64,000 nt of DNA from Bacteroidales bacterium. Its GTDB lineage: Bacteria > Bacteroidota > Bacteroidia > Bacteroidales > VadinHA17. This document shows positions 9,343 to 19,197 of this stretch, one piece after another (the stretch's first letter is position 1; every line of letters starts with the position of its first letter). Made by a program: the position numbers and the translations under genes. Where the stretch lies: contig JAIPBU010000012.1 of NCBI GenBank assembly GCA_021738535.1, positions 7,095 to 71,094 of the forward strand, given 5' to 3'. The notes beneath the pieces are model-generated. The model ran no database searches and was not told the origin of the DNA. It was given only the letters and a program-made list of their open reading frames with translations.

Positions 9343-10884
9343 TCAGTCTTTTACACATCTGACTGAAAAACCTTTCAGTGTATCTGTAAAATTGCGGTTG
9401 ATTGTTGATTCTGTTTTGGACAGCATTCTGTACCAACCGTAATCATTTTGTTCTTTTGTTGAAGTCCAGAAGTATGCGTAGTTGCCGCTACTGAAATAAT
9501 TACCGTCTGTATGCCTGTATCCGGTCATTACCGCATCAAACCCCGTAGTGTTAAAGTCTGATTTAATGAGTTGCGCCCCCTGGTCTGTCCCTCTGTACCC
9601 TGTTGCATCTATATCTGTCTGGCTCATTCCAAGTGATGATTCGAGTGTTTTCCATTCTTCATCTGATGGAAGATGCCAGCCAACGGGGCATGCATTTATA
9701 GCTTCACCCAGTACATACAACCTTCCGTATTCTTTACTGTAGGATAAGCTGTCGTTATTGTAATACGATGACCCTGAATGTGTATAATAATTCAGATTTT
9801 CGGCCATCCACCACTGTGTCCCAATATTAACAACCCTGTATACTCTCCCGTCTCGGGAGTCAGTTATATATTCTATATTATTGCTATAAGTAATACATTG
9901 AATAGCATTGCTGTAAGCTGTATCAACAGAGTTTATGATGAATGCACTAATATAGTATTCTGTTCCCGGATACAGATTTGATATAGTATCATTGAAAATG
10001 CCTGTTTGAGTTATATTGTCCAGCTTTATAAATGAATCAATAGTTATTATTGGTTTCCCTGTTTCAGACCAGCAAAACCCCTGGCTAATTACTGTCTCAC
10101 TTCCTGAATTGATTATCTCCGTTTGAAGAGAGACACCGTTATGAGTTAAACAGGTAATAAATGGAGTGGACATTGTTGGGGATGTATAGCCTGTATCGCT
10201 TGTTGTGAACTCTGCTGTATTTCCATAATGGACAGATTTGGTATCCTTTATGTAAGCTCTAATGAAGTAATGGGTACCCGGTTTAAGACCTGTTATTTGA
10301 GTAGAGAAGGACGTGGGTTCTTCTGGAAAAAAATCGAATACAAAAGATTGTGCTGATCCTATTACAGGTTCAGGTTGTTCTGACCAGCAAAATCCAAATT
10401 CCACTGCGGGAGGATAACCCAGTTCGATGATTGTCCCATGTATTGTTGCACTATCATTGTTTATATCTGTTATGCTGTCGGTAGTTACGACCGGACTGAT
10501 AAGTTCAACCATAGTTTTAAAACTAACCTGGGTTGGACTATAAACAGTTTGCTGATTGCTTTTTGCCCAAGCCCTCGCATAGTAATCAGTATTTGCTTCA
10601 AGACCCTGGATATGCTGAGTAAAGGTTCCTGTAACCGCTTTTCCTTCGTAAGTTAAATAATTATCACTGACCTTTGGGTATTTATTCTCTGACCAGCATG
10701 TGCCATATTCAATATTAGATTCGTTGCCTGTGTCAATGATTTCTGATTTAATTTTTGCCTCATGGTCAGTTATATCTTCAACATTAACTGTCTCAAGTTT
10801 AATTATTCTTTCAATTGAAAGATTTTCGCAGCTGATCAAAAAGAAGATTAGAAGCAGTATTATTATTTTAGTTTTTATTATCAT
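9343..10884 (-). CDS. Lipoprotein with three FN3-like repeats and a C-terminal FISUMP (Fibrobacter succinogenes major paralogous) domain
   Basis: Lipobox FFLISC. There are three ~95-aa repeats, each with G(T/F)CWSE and a T(D/H/E)YY/HYF block. C-terminal motifs are WMAENLNY, CPVGWHLPSDEEW, YFWTST and GFSVRCVKD. ATG 10884 is preferred over the TTG at 10890 used by the ORF track. Confidence 0.75.
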   Translation of the reverse strand: MIIKTKIIILLLIFFLISCENLSIERIIKLETVNVEDITDHEAKIKSEIIDTGNESNIEYGTCWSENKYPKVSDNYLTYEGKAVTGTFTQHIQGLEANTDYYARAWAKSNQQTVYSPTQVSFKTMVELISPVVTTDSITDINNDSATIHGTIIELGYPPAVEFGFCWSEQPEPVIGSAQSFVFDFFPEEPTSFSTQITGLKPGTHYFIRAYIKDTKSVHYGNTAEFTTSDTGYTSPTMSTPFITCLTHNGVSLQTEIINSGSETVISQGFCWSETGKPIITIDSFIKLDNITQTGIFNDTISNLYPGTEYYISAFIINSVDTAYSNAIQCITYSNNIEYITDSRDGRVYRVVNIGTQWWMAENLNYYTHSGSSYYNNDSLSYSKEYGRLYVLGEAINACPVGWHLPSDEEWKTLESSLGMSQTDIDATGYRGTDQGAQLIKSDFNTTGFDAVMTGYRHTDGNYFSSGNYAYFWTSTKEQNDYGWYRMLSKTESTINRNFTDTLKGFSVRCVKD

Positions 10885-10904
10885 TAACAATTTCTGGTTT
10901 TGAT

Positions 10905-12047
10905 TTACCTGGATCGCTTAAGAAATATAAAATCACCTCCTTCATCTCCCACATCCATAATAACACCGTACTGTGGCATCACTCTGGAATTGTTGGTAAC
11001 TGCATCCCTTAAGCTGTTAAAAAGATCCTGCCCTGACATATATAGGTTTTTATTATTCCTAAGTCTTTCTATCAGATATTTTATGAATACACTTTCATCC
11101 GGAACCTCACTGAGCGCTCCGCTTGTCATGGCTTTTCTGCTCGGTAACTCATAAAGCATCTTGAGAGCATATGAGCTGTTATTGAATACGCTTCTGGTTT
11201 TGAATATACTTCCTCCAAAACATGCGTCTGAAATTAACAGAATATGCTTAGCCTTTATTTCTTTAAGGTAATCCCTTATCGTACTGTTCCTTATCCATGC
11301 CGTTTTGTATTCAGTTGACGCATCTGCAGGAAGCCAGTAGCCGATATTGGATTCTTCATCCCACAAGCCGTGTCCGGCATAAAACAAGACAAAATTATCA
11401 TATGGCTTTATCTTACCTGCAAACTTGTCCAGTTCCACGATGATTTCATTACGGGTTGCATTATTTAGGAGAACAATATTCTGTGGATCAAAGGTATATT
11501 CACTTGTTATTACATTGAAAAAATGCATTGCATCATCCGGCGGATTCTCCAGGTCAGAAATATTTGGATCCAGGTAGTTCTCATTTGCAATAAGCAGTGC
11601 ATAATATTCACCATTGATATTGATTTTTGCGTTATTGGCCAGGGTAGCATTATAATTGGCAGTGAACCTGTATTCGGTCAGGTTATTGTATTGATCAAGA
11701 GCAATTATACTGATCTTGTTTTCATTTTGTTCCAGAGGAATTTCGCTTCTGAAGATACCCTTAAGCGAAGGTATTATTGTATTATCATTTACTAAAAGTG
11801 AAATGCTTAAAGATTCGTCGTGGACTTGCCCGATAAGTACTAATTTATCTCCAGTGGCATCATAAATTCCACCGGGTTCTACTTCAGGCGAAATCAGGCT
11901 GATTGATGGTGGGATAGTGTCTGGTACAGGTCTGTCTTTTAAATTATTGATATATATTTTCACCTCCCTGCTTTTAATGGTCTGAGATGAGAGTGGTGTA
12001 AATAAAAATGTTATATATATTATGAAACAAAACCTAAAATAAGCCAT
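10905..12047 (-). CDS. Secreted caspase-family (peptidase C14) protein with an N-terminal Ig-like domain
   Basis: Signal peptide MAYFRFCFIIYITFLFTPLSSQ, using ATG 12047 because the track start at 12062 is TTG. The catalytic dyad contexts are VLFYAGHG (His) and ILLISDACFGGS (Cys). YALLIANENY opens the domain. Confidence 0.8.
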   Translation of the reverse strand: MAYFRFCFIIYITFLFTPLSSQTIKSREVKIYINNLKDRPVPDTIPPSISLISPEVEPGGIYDATGDKLVLIGQVHDESLSISLLVNDNTIIPSLKGIFRSEIPLEQNENKISIIALDQYNNLTEYRFTANYNATLANNAKININGEYYALLIANENYLDPNISDLENPPDDAMHFFNVITSEYTFDPQNIVLLNNATRNEIIVELDKFAGKIKPYDNFVLFYAGHGLWDEESNIGYWLPADASTEYKTAWIRNSTIRDYLKEIKAKHILLISDACFGGSIFKTRSVFNNSSYALKMLYELPSRKAMTSGALSEVPDESVFIKYLIERLRNNKNLYMSGQDLFNSLRDAVTNNSRVMPQYGVIMDVGDEGGDFIFLKRSR

Positions 12048-12051
12048 TATA

Positions 12052-12813
12052 TCAGAATTCAAGGTAAAATGTAATCATTGGTTTATAAGTCTCGGATAAT
12101 CCCGGCCTGACTGACCATTCTCCGGTACTGTCTGTATATCCATTTAATATCTCTCTTTTTGGTCTAAGCATAATCCATAATATGTCTGCTATCCAGATAC
12201 CTGCTGCCGTATATGCTAAATATTTTGATATTTTATTTTGCTTGTTTGCCATATCAAAGTAATTTTCGCTTTCCCGTATATCAGTTGATTCAAGGTAATT
12301 TTCGTAGTTGTTGCCTGCTGTTCTGTTAAGTATTACTGATCCAGTGATACATGCATATCCAGCGGTACCGATAAGAAGAAATGCATTTTTCTTGTGAAAT
12401 TTCTTTTGTCCCAGTCCGGGATAAATAATTGACAGTCCTATCAAGCCTGCTCTGGAAGGGGTTGCCGGGATCACTTCTGCAATTACTGTAACTGATATTT
12501 CCTCATCGAGATAGACAGAGTCTTTCTCAAGATCCCAGATGATTGTTTTGTTTTTTCCACCTTCATTTAGAAGACCAACGTCTCCGGATAAGGCTCTTAC
12601 ATTAATAATTTCACCTTCAGTGGATTTAACCTCAAGATTTACCCTGAACTTATTTTCCTTATCTCTCCCGATAATATCATAATCAATTTGTAATTTATTA
12701 TTAGCAAAGTTTAGCCTTGGTTCATTAATCACAGGCAGGTCTTGTGCATTTAGATTTGCATTAATAAACAAGGAAAATATAATAAGTAAAATATTTGGAA
12801 TGAAATACCTCAT
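12052..12813 (-). CDS. Membrane protein: signal peptide, beta-sandwich-like ectodomain and 2-3 TM segments
   Basis: 253-aa ORF whose start codon overlaps the upstream stop. It contains GDVGLLNEGGKNKTIIWDLEKD, then hydrophobic segments GLIGLSIIYPGLGQ, AFLLIGTAGYACITGSVIL and AAGIWIADILWIML. Confidence 0.5.
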   Translation of the reverse strand: MRYFIPNILLIIFSLFINANLNAQDLPVINEPRLNFANNKLQIDYDIIGRDKENKFRVNLEVKSTEGEIINVRALSGDVGLLNEGGKNKTIIWDLEKDSVYLDEEISVTVIAEVIPATPSRAGLIGLSIIYPGLGQKKFHKKNAFLLIGTAGYACITGSVILNRTAGNNYENYLESTDIRESENYFDMANKQNKISKYLAYTAAGIWIADILWIMLRPKREILNGYTDSTGEWSVRPGLSETYKPMITFYLEF

Positions 12814-14819
12814 TACTTATCTCTGATAACTTGAAAATCTTCGTAGTTTTTTCTTACACCGTAGATTACAAAATAAAATCTGGTATTGCTTTCACCTCCG
12901 TTAAGTTCTTTCACTGTTAGGTAATTGGTCGAAATGTCCTCCACGTATAAACCATTACAATTACCCGCAGGAGTTACGTTAGCTGATAAGTGCATATCTG
13001 ATGTTACCATCCCAAAGTGATCCGGTAGATTTATAGTAATCTCACCATTTATCAGTTTACCTTCTCCCCTGAAGTATGTACCAGCTTCTCCTGATTCAAT
13101 ACAGGCATAGACGATAACCTTGCTGTTATCTACAGGATGAGAAACCATGAAGTTTTTCGTACCATTCAGAGAAGTAATATTTCCTTCAACCTGTAAATCT
13201 CCTGTCCCATATATTCCCATTAGATAGTCACCTAAATCCGTTTTCCATTCCATTGCGGCATCTAATCCTATTTCAACTGCACCGTTGTAACCATGCATTT
13301 CTCCAACCAGGGAGGAAGCATCATAAAACTGTAAGTTTCCTTCATTATTCAGTCTGATAACACTTCCTCCGCCAGATGCAGTAAAAAGATCATCAACATT
13401 TATTATCCTGTTATTATTCATGTTTATCTCATATGCACCGGCACTGTTCCCTGTCGCTAAGATTTCTGATAAAGCTGGAGTGCTGCCACCTACATTTGAT
13501 AGTAGGCTTCCATCACCAATAAAGTAATTGGCCTTAACATTTCCTGCAATATCCAATTTTTCTGACGGCGTTGTTGTGCCAATACCAACATTTCCCATGC
13601 TGTAGCCAATACCACCGGTCACACTGGTCCATAAATTTGTGTATTTACTAAAATCTGCAGTACTTGAACTGCCACTTATGCTTAAAGTATTGCCTGACAG
13701 ACTGATACCCTGTTGATCAGTATTATCCAGGTATGCAGCCAGGCTGACCGAGTTTCCGTTTTCAATAGCCAGTATATTTGAAGATAAGCTCAGGGTTTGA
13801 TCATCTGTATTATCCAGATAAGAGGACATATCAACACTTGTCGGGTCAAGAGTGAGGCTCAGTGTATTTCCACTCAATGATAGATCCTGTATTTCATTTG
13901 CCGGATCATTATCTGCATCTTTAGTATTATCAGGTAGTGTAACACTGTTGCCATTTTCTATACTTAGTGTATGGTCTGTAATGGATAATATTTGATCATC
14001 CGTAGCTGTCCCGCTTTGCAGTGAAGAAAGGTCGACCTGAGCGGTGCCTCCATTATCTGTAAGTTCAAGCATACTGCCATTTAATAAGGCAGATTGTAAT
14101 AGTTCATTCTGAGGGTCGGAATCAGCATCTGCAATACTGTCAGGCAGGATTACACTATTACCATTTTCAATAGCAATTGTATGGTCTGTAATTGAAAGGG
14201 CCTGATTATCATTATCGGGCAGCGTCACACTGTTCCCATTTTCTATTATGAGCGTGTGATCTGTGATTGATAATGTTTGATCATCTGTTCCTGAGCCTGT
14301 TTGGAGAGGGGATAGGTCTACCTGCCTCGTACCCCCCTGGTCTGTCAACTCAAGGTATGTACCATTAAGGCTGGCGGACTGTATTAATTCATTATTTGGA
14401 TCTGCATCTGCATCATCGGAATTGGAAACTGTATTCGCATGCAAAGCATATGGAACTGACAGTATCTGGCTTGTTCCCATTTCTCTGTAACCTGTTCCGT
14501 CATCTATTTGTACCTTTATGAAGTGTTCATTACCAGCCCAGTTTATATTTTCGAAATTATATGCAGAAGAACCGTTATCACAAATCTCAAGGGTGAATAA
14601 TCCAAACTTATTTGTTGTTACCTGGAAAAATCCTTCCCATACCAGTTCACCATCAGGGGTTCCGGTATGGATACTGATGCCAACATCAAGGTTTTCTTCC
14701 TGTAAAAGATTGCCATTTCCATCCCTGGCTATTGCCTGGTAGGTTAGTTTTGAAGGTGATTGTGAATAAGCAGAAAAAGCAATTATGAAAAATGAAATTA
14801 AAAGGATGATTTGTTTCAT
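12813..14819 (-). CDS. Secreted repeat protein with a tail-fibre-like C-terminal region
   Basis: Signal peptide. About 10 tandem ~22-aa modules follow the pattern DDQTLS(I/L)..(H/N)TL.IENGNSV.LPD and NEL(I/L)QSA.LNG..LELTD.GGT.QVDLS.LQ, and are also visible as DNA repeats at about 13650-14420. Then comes GNVGIGTTTPSEKLDIAGNV. ATG 14819 is preferred because 14825 is TTG. Confidence 0.6.
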   Translation of the reverse strand: MKQIILLISFFIIAFSAYSQSPSKLTYQAIARDGNGNLLQEENLDVGISIHTGTPDGELVWEGFFQVTTNKFGLFTLEICDNGSSAYNFENINWAGNEHFIKVQIDDGTGYREMGTSQILSVPYALHANTVSNSDDADADPNNELIQSASLNGTYLELTDQGGTRQVDLSPLQTGSGTDDQTLSITDHTLIIENGNSVTLPDNDNQALSITDHTIAIENGNSVILPDSIADADSDPQNELLQSALLNGSMLELTDNGGTAQVDLSSLQSGTATDDQILSITDHTLSIENGNSVTLPDNTKDADNDPANEIQDLSLSGNTLSLTLDPTSVDMSSYLDNTDDQTLSLSSNILAIENGNSVSLAAYLDNTDQQGISLSGNTLSISGSSSTADFSKYTNLWTSVTGGIGYSMGNVGIGTTTPSEKLDIAGNVKANYFIGDGSLLSNVGGSTPALSEILATGNSAGAYEINMNNNRIINVDDLFTASGGGSVIRLNNEGNLQFYDASSLVGEMHGYNGAVEIGLDAAMEWKTDLGDYLMGIYGTGDLQVEGNITSLNGTKNFMVSHPVDNSKVIVYACIESGEAGTYFRGEGKLINGEITINLPDHFGMVTSDMHLSANVTPAGNCNGLYVEDISTNYLTVKELNGGESNTRFYFVIYGVRKNYEDFQVIRDK

Positions 14820-14946
14820 TTGCAAATAATATCTGATTAATACTCAAATCTAACCAGACCAGACTACGATTCATATACCAAATAATTGGGATTTTATATA
14901 CCAACCAATGGCTAGTGAGCAGGTGGGAATCCGGGGGGGATTGTAT

Positions 14947-15513
14947 TTATTTTACTGAATATCTTGCAATCATTTCATTACTGCTAATAAGTCCCAGCTT
15001 TTTTAGTATTGTTTTACGGTGGGTGTCAACGGTGTATTTGCTAATGAAAAGCTCACTTGCAATTTCAGAACTGGTTTTCCCCTGGCATATCAGCCTGGCA
15101 ACTTCTTTTTCCCTGTCAGTAAGGGGTGTGCTAGCTAAAGGATCATTTTGGTGGCGCTCGAAAATTCGATCAATAGTTTCCCGGAATTCCGATATATCAA
15201 CCGGCTTAAGAAGATAATCAAAAGCACGTTCCTTAACAGCCTTGATGGCATAATGATCATAAGCTGATATAAAAATGAAGCATGGTTTTATCCCGGCAGA
15301 CCTGGTTCTGTTAACCACCTCAAACCCATCCATACCCGGCATCTCAATATCAATAAATACTATTTCAGGCTCCAGTTGTAAAACCTTCTCAATGCCTTCA
15401 TGTGGAGATTGGTTGTATCCCAGGTATTCAAGCTCAGGGAACATTTGAATTATCTCTTTTATCCTGAGACATGCTGTCCTGTCATCGTCAATTATATAGC
15501 ACCTATGTTTCAA
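14947..15513 (-). CDS. Response regulator: receiver domain plus LuxR/GerE-type HTH output
   Basis: Receiver motifs are YIIDDD, IVFIDIEMPGMDG and DYLLKP. The LuxR HTH is LTDREKEVARLICQGKTSSEIASELFISKYTVDTHRKTILKKLG. There is no ATG at the 5' end. The maximal ORF starts at TTG 15564, and TTG 15513 (MKHRCYIIDDD) is more plausible. Confidence 0.85.
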   Translation of the reverse strand: MKHRCYIIDDDRTACLRIKEIIQMFPELEYLGYNQSPHEGIEKVLQLEPEIVFIDIEMPGMDGFEVVNRTRSAGIKPCFIFISAYDHYAIKAVKERAFDYLLKPVDISEFRETIDRIFERHQNDPLASTPLTDREKEVARLICQGKTSSEIASELFISKYTVDTHRKTILKKLGLISSNEMIARYSVK

Positions 15514-15588
15514 AACTATTTTTGTATTTACAATTAAAGTAACTCCATACAAATAAATTATCAAAAATTCTTTTTTTGATCATTATTC

Positions 15589-17658
15589 CTAAATCTTGTC
15601 AATAGTTACTATCGCTTTTGTTCCCGGGTTACTGCCTTCTGACAAACCGGGTTCGAGAGCAAAATCAATCTTTACACCCTCTATCTTATAGAAAAGCCCG
15701 GCTATCTCTTTCATAATTGTAAGTCCTTTACCTGTACTGCATTTAGCCTTATTGTATCCAAGACCGATTCCATTATCAATTATACAAATTATTATCCTTC
15801 CCACTTTATCCCTGATAATGATTTTCAATACAGGTTTTTCAATTTCAGATGTAAAGGCATGTTTAAATGAATTTTCCACGAAAGTATGAATCAGTAATTT
15901 AGGTATCCGGACAAGCTCACACTTTATCGTTTTGTCTATACTGATACCGACAGAAAGGTTACCATCCATCCTGAATTTCTGAATATCCAGATAATCATTT
16001 ACAAAATCAAGCTCCTCAGACAGTGTTGTGGCTATTTTTTCTGATGAAGTAATAGTTCTGTGCAGCATCCTTGAGTACTTTACAAAAACATTATATGCTT
16101 CTTCTTTATCCTTCCCTGAGAACAGAGAACCTATTGTATTTACCATATTAAGAGTGAAATGCGGGTCAATCTGGTTCTTTAATGCCATAATCTGCAATTT
16201 TTGCACACGCTTCTCATCTTCATACTTTTGTGTTAACCGAAGCTTTTGGATTCTGCTTATCGTCGAGACAAGCAAGAGAATTACGGGGTAAATTAATAAA
16301 TGAGAAGAAATTATAACCCAGAATAGCCGGTTCCTGGAATAATTTATTATGAATTCAAAACCATTATTATAAATAACCAGTTTTGAGGCAGTTTCTTTGT
16401 TGGTTTCCAGTTCTGAAATCTTTGTCTCACCATCCTCGAGGTAAAAATCAATAAATACCGGTTGCCTGAATTGGTTCCTGTAGACACCCAGTTTCTTATT
16501 TATATTATCATATATCAGGTATTCATTCTTGCCATTGTTATCCAGGTCAATTTTGTGAGTGAAAATATGTGGGATGATATCATTTATAGTCTTTCTGACC
16601 TTGAATAGTGAATCGAGTACTTCAATCTTTTTATCCCTGTAATAAAGTATCTTGTAATCATCAGATAAACAAGTATATATCCTGGGTGGTTTTCTGAAAT
16701 TATCAACATCAATTTGTTTCTTATATACAAGCTTCCCTTTTTGAGTGTACCGGGCAATGAATGAACTGTCGCTTAGACCGTTATAAGTATATAAAACAAT
16801 GAGATCTGTTCGGCTGCCTGTATTAAAGGGAACAGTGTTGACTTGAGATGAGAATTTACCAACTGGTACTGGATCAAATAAATAATCCAGATCGTTATCA
16901 AGTACCATAAGCCATGCAATACTGTCAGTCCATGGATAATCCTTTTTAGTGCAGTTCCCCCACGCAGCTGACCAGCCAGTAAACTCAGGTAATCCGTCGT
17001 GATCCCAATCAAAGCCTCTTACGTTGTTGACAATAACGGATCCGCTTTTAGGTGATTCTATTAGAGAATCTTTATGAATATCAACAGCAATAGTTTTCCT
17101 GTTTTGATATTGAAACCCTGCGAACAGGAAAATTATTAATTCATCAAAATTGTCTCCTGTTATATCTTCTGAGCAACAGTAACTGACCTGGATATCAACA
17201 TTATCTTTATATCTCAGGATTTTCGCCAGGTATCTTCTTTTATAGATTATTTTGCCTGTAAAAGGTTCAATTCCATTCAGGAACAAGGAATCATTTTCAT
17301 AAGTGAACAGGTAAACTTCTTTCATTCCGTTATGATCATAGTCGCCTATATGAAAATTACCCTCTCCGTCAATATTAAAACCTGAAATTATCCATTCTGA
17401 ATGGACTTTGCCGTTTTCCAGAATCATGATTCCAGGAACGTTTTTCAGGTTGGTGTATACTGGAAATTCTATTCTCTCACTATTCCCATCATTATTAAGA
17501 TCTGCATAGATCCCTTTCACAGTTTCAATCTTTTCTTCAATGGCTAACCTGTATCTTTCAGGCTTAGGTAAAAAAATAAGTATTGGAATTGATATTATTA
17601 TGGCAATAAACCAATTGCTGCTTAAAAATCGTAGGCGGTGGTTAAGATATTTGTTCAT
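15589..17658 (-). CDS. Sensor histidine kinase, LytS/YehU type (His_kinase + HATPase_c), with an FG-GAP-like extracytoplasmic domain
   Basis: N-terminal TM, then five DxDxDG-like Ca-type motifs: DLNNDGNSE, GDYDHNGMKE, DITGDNFDE, FDWDHDGLPE and DLDNNGKNE. A second TM follows, then the phosphoacceptor box NQIDPHFTLN and the ATPase box IDNGIGL..GKGL. Confidence 0.85.
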   Translation of the reverse strand: MNKYLNHRLRFLSSNWFIAIIISIPILIFLPKPERYRLAIEEKIETVKGIYADLNNDGNSERIEFPVYTNLKNVPGIMILENGKVHSEWIISGFNIDGEGNFHIGDYDHNGMKEVYLFTYENDSLFLNGIEPFTGKIIYKRRYLAKILRYKDNVDIQVSYCCSEDITGDNFDELIIFLFAGFQYQNRKTIAVDIHKDSLIESPKSGSVIVNNVRGFDWDHDGLPEFTGWSAAWGNCTKKDYPWTDSIAWLMVLDNDLDYLFDPVPVGKFSSQVNTVPFNTGSRTDLIVLYTYNGLSDSSFIARYTQKGKLVYKKQIDVDNFRKPPRIYTCLSDDYKILYYRDKKIEVLDSLFKVRKTINDIIPHIFTHKIDLDNNGKNEYLIYDNINKKLGVYRNQFRQPVFIDFYLEDGETKISELETNKETASKLVIYNNGFEFIINYSRNRLFWVIISSHLLIYPVILLLVSTISRIQKLRLTQKYEDEKRVQKLQIMALKNQIDPHFTLNMVNTIGSLFSGKDKEEAYNVFVKYSRMLHRTITSSEKIATTLSEELDFVNDYLDIQKFRMDGNLSVGISIDKTIKCELVRIPKLLIHTFVENSFKHAFTSEIEKPVLKIIIRDKVGRIIICIIDNGIGLGYNKAKCSTGKGLTIMKEIAGLFYKIEGVKIDFALEPGLSEGSNPGTKAIVTIDKI

Positions 17659-17771
17659 ACTGATAGAACTATGCTACCAATTATACACAAATATAATAAT
17701 TAGTGATAGAAACATATTATAATTAAAATTCAATAAAACCATTTAGTATATTTGGATAAAATTCAAATACC

Positions 17772-18896
17772 ATGAAAAAATTTATTTACCTCTTACTGAT
17801 TGCTTTAGTATTTTCTTCCTGCCAGGATAAGGAAAAAATACCGGTTTATGCCTGGTCTTCTGGTCCCGGAGATAAAAGCGATAAAGAATTATTGAAAGAA
17901 TTCAGGGATCTTAATCAAAAAGGTGTGGACGGGCTTATGTATAATGGTGGCCACAACCCGGCAACGTATGCCAGGGTGGGAGCAGTAGCTAAAGAGGCAG
18001 GACTTGAATTTCATGCCTGGATACCTACCATGGTGCAATCAAAAGAAGGATTACTCGATACCAGCCTTTATGCACAAAACGGCTTAAGACAATCTGCATG
18101 GACACATCCGGCGTATGTACCTCATTACAGGTTTCTTTGTCCTGAAAGACAGGAAGTATATGACTTCCTTGAAAATCTATATGCTAATGTGGCCGATGTG
18201 CCAGAGGTGGATGGTGTGCACCTGGATTATATAAGATTTCCTGATGTTATACTGGCCAGAGGACTGTGGGATAAGTACGGACTGGTAATGGACAGGGAAT
18301 ACCCGGAATTCGATTATTGCTATTGCGATAGCTGTGTTGCGCAATTCAAAAAAGAATCAGGGATAGATATACTTGAAGTTGAAGATCCTTCACAGGTGCA
18401 GGAATGGAAACAATTCAGGTATGACCAGATTACCAGTATTGTAAACCGACTGGCAGATATGGTGCACTCAAAGAATAAAGTGATTACCGCAGCAGTATTC
18501 CCGGGACCTAACTCCGTGGCAAAGAAGATTGTAAGGCAGGAATGGGACAAATGGAACCTGGATGCCTTCTATCCAATGAATTATAATGATTTTTATCTGG
18601 AAGATACCAAATGGATAGGTGAGGTAAGCAGGGAAGCAGTGCAGGCTATTGACGACAGGGTACCCGTCTACAGCGGGCTGTTCATCTGTCCTGATCCGGA
18701 AGGTAAGGATGATCAACCTGACCCGGAAGGTCATGGGCTTGTGCCATCGGAAATACCTGATGCCATTGAGGAATCCATCAGTAACGGGGCTGAAGGCATA
18801 TGTCTGTTTACGCCGGGCAGGATGACTGAAGAAGGCTGGAAACAATTTGAAAAAGCTATTTATGTGGAGCATAAAAAGGTGAAAGATGCTGAATAG
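17772..18896 (+). CDS. Lipoprotein, glycoside-hydrolase-like (GHL10-type TIM barrel)
   Basis: Lipobox VFSSC. VDGVHLDYIRFP and the surrounding pattern resemble the GHL10/YngK-like family. A TATATTTG -7 box lies at 17747-17754. Confidence 0.55.
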   Translation: MKKFIYLLLIALVFSSCQDKEKIPVYAWSSGPGDKSDKELLKEFRDLNQKGVDGLMYNGGHNPATYARVGAVAKEAGLEFHAWIPTMVQSKEGLLDTSLYAQNGLRQSAWTHPAYVPHYRFLCPERQEVYDFLENLYANVADVPEVDGVHLDYIRFPDVILARGLWDKYGLVMDREYPEFDYCYCDSCVAQFKKESGIDILEVEDPSQVQEWKQFRYDQITSIVNRLADMVHSKNKVITAAVFPGPNSVAKKIVRQEWDKWNLDAFYPMNYNDFYLEDTKWIGEVSREAVQAIDDRVPVYSGLFICPDPEGKDDQPDPEGHGLVPSEIPDAIEESISNGAEGICLFTPGRMTEEGWKQFEKAIYVEHKKVKDAE

Positions 18897-18912
18897 CCTC
18901 ATTAATTGAGGA

Positions 18913-19086
18913 AGATACAAGATACAAGTTTAAAGATACAATGAGTTGCAGGGATGTAATTATCTGCTTATTAAACTCATTTAAACTCATTCAAACTCAA
19001 TCAAGTGGGTTGTGCAGGCAGCAGGAAAAAGATATATGTTAGCAAATATACAAATCCACCTTAGCCCTTAGCCTTAGCCTTTAACC
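18913..19086. repeat. Intergenic cluster of three unrelated short direct-repeat families
   Basis: AGATACA x3 at 18913, 18920 and 18934. TTAAACTCAT x2 plus TCAAACTCAA at 18971-19000. TTAGCC x3 plus TTAACC at 19061-19086. Confidence 0.8.
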
Positions 19087-19197
19087 TACCTGTTTCCTCA
19101 ACTATTATTCAAATATGTTTAAAATAATATCATAATATTTAAACAATACTGCTCTTATGCTTGTTTAAGGATCATAAACAAATTAAAATCTAATATT

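Noticed and set aside
9343-9600. Diversity-generating retroelement target at the lectin-like C-terminus of the FISUMP protein
   Set aside because: No reverse transcriptase gene is present. I could find no template-repeat copy of the 3' end of the gene in the flanking 280-bp spacer or elsewhere in the window.
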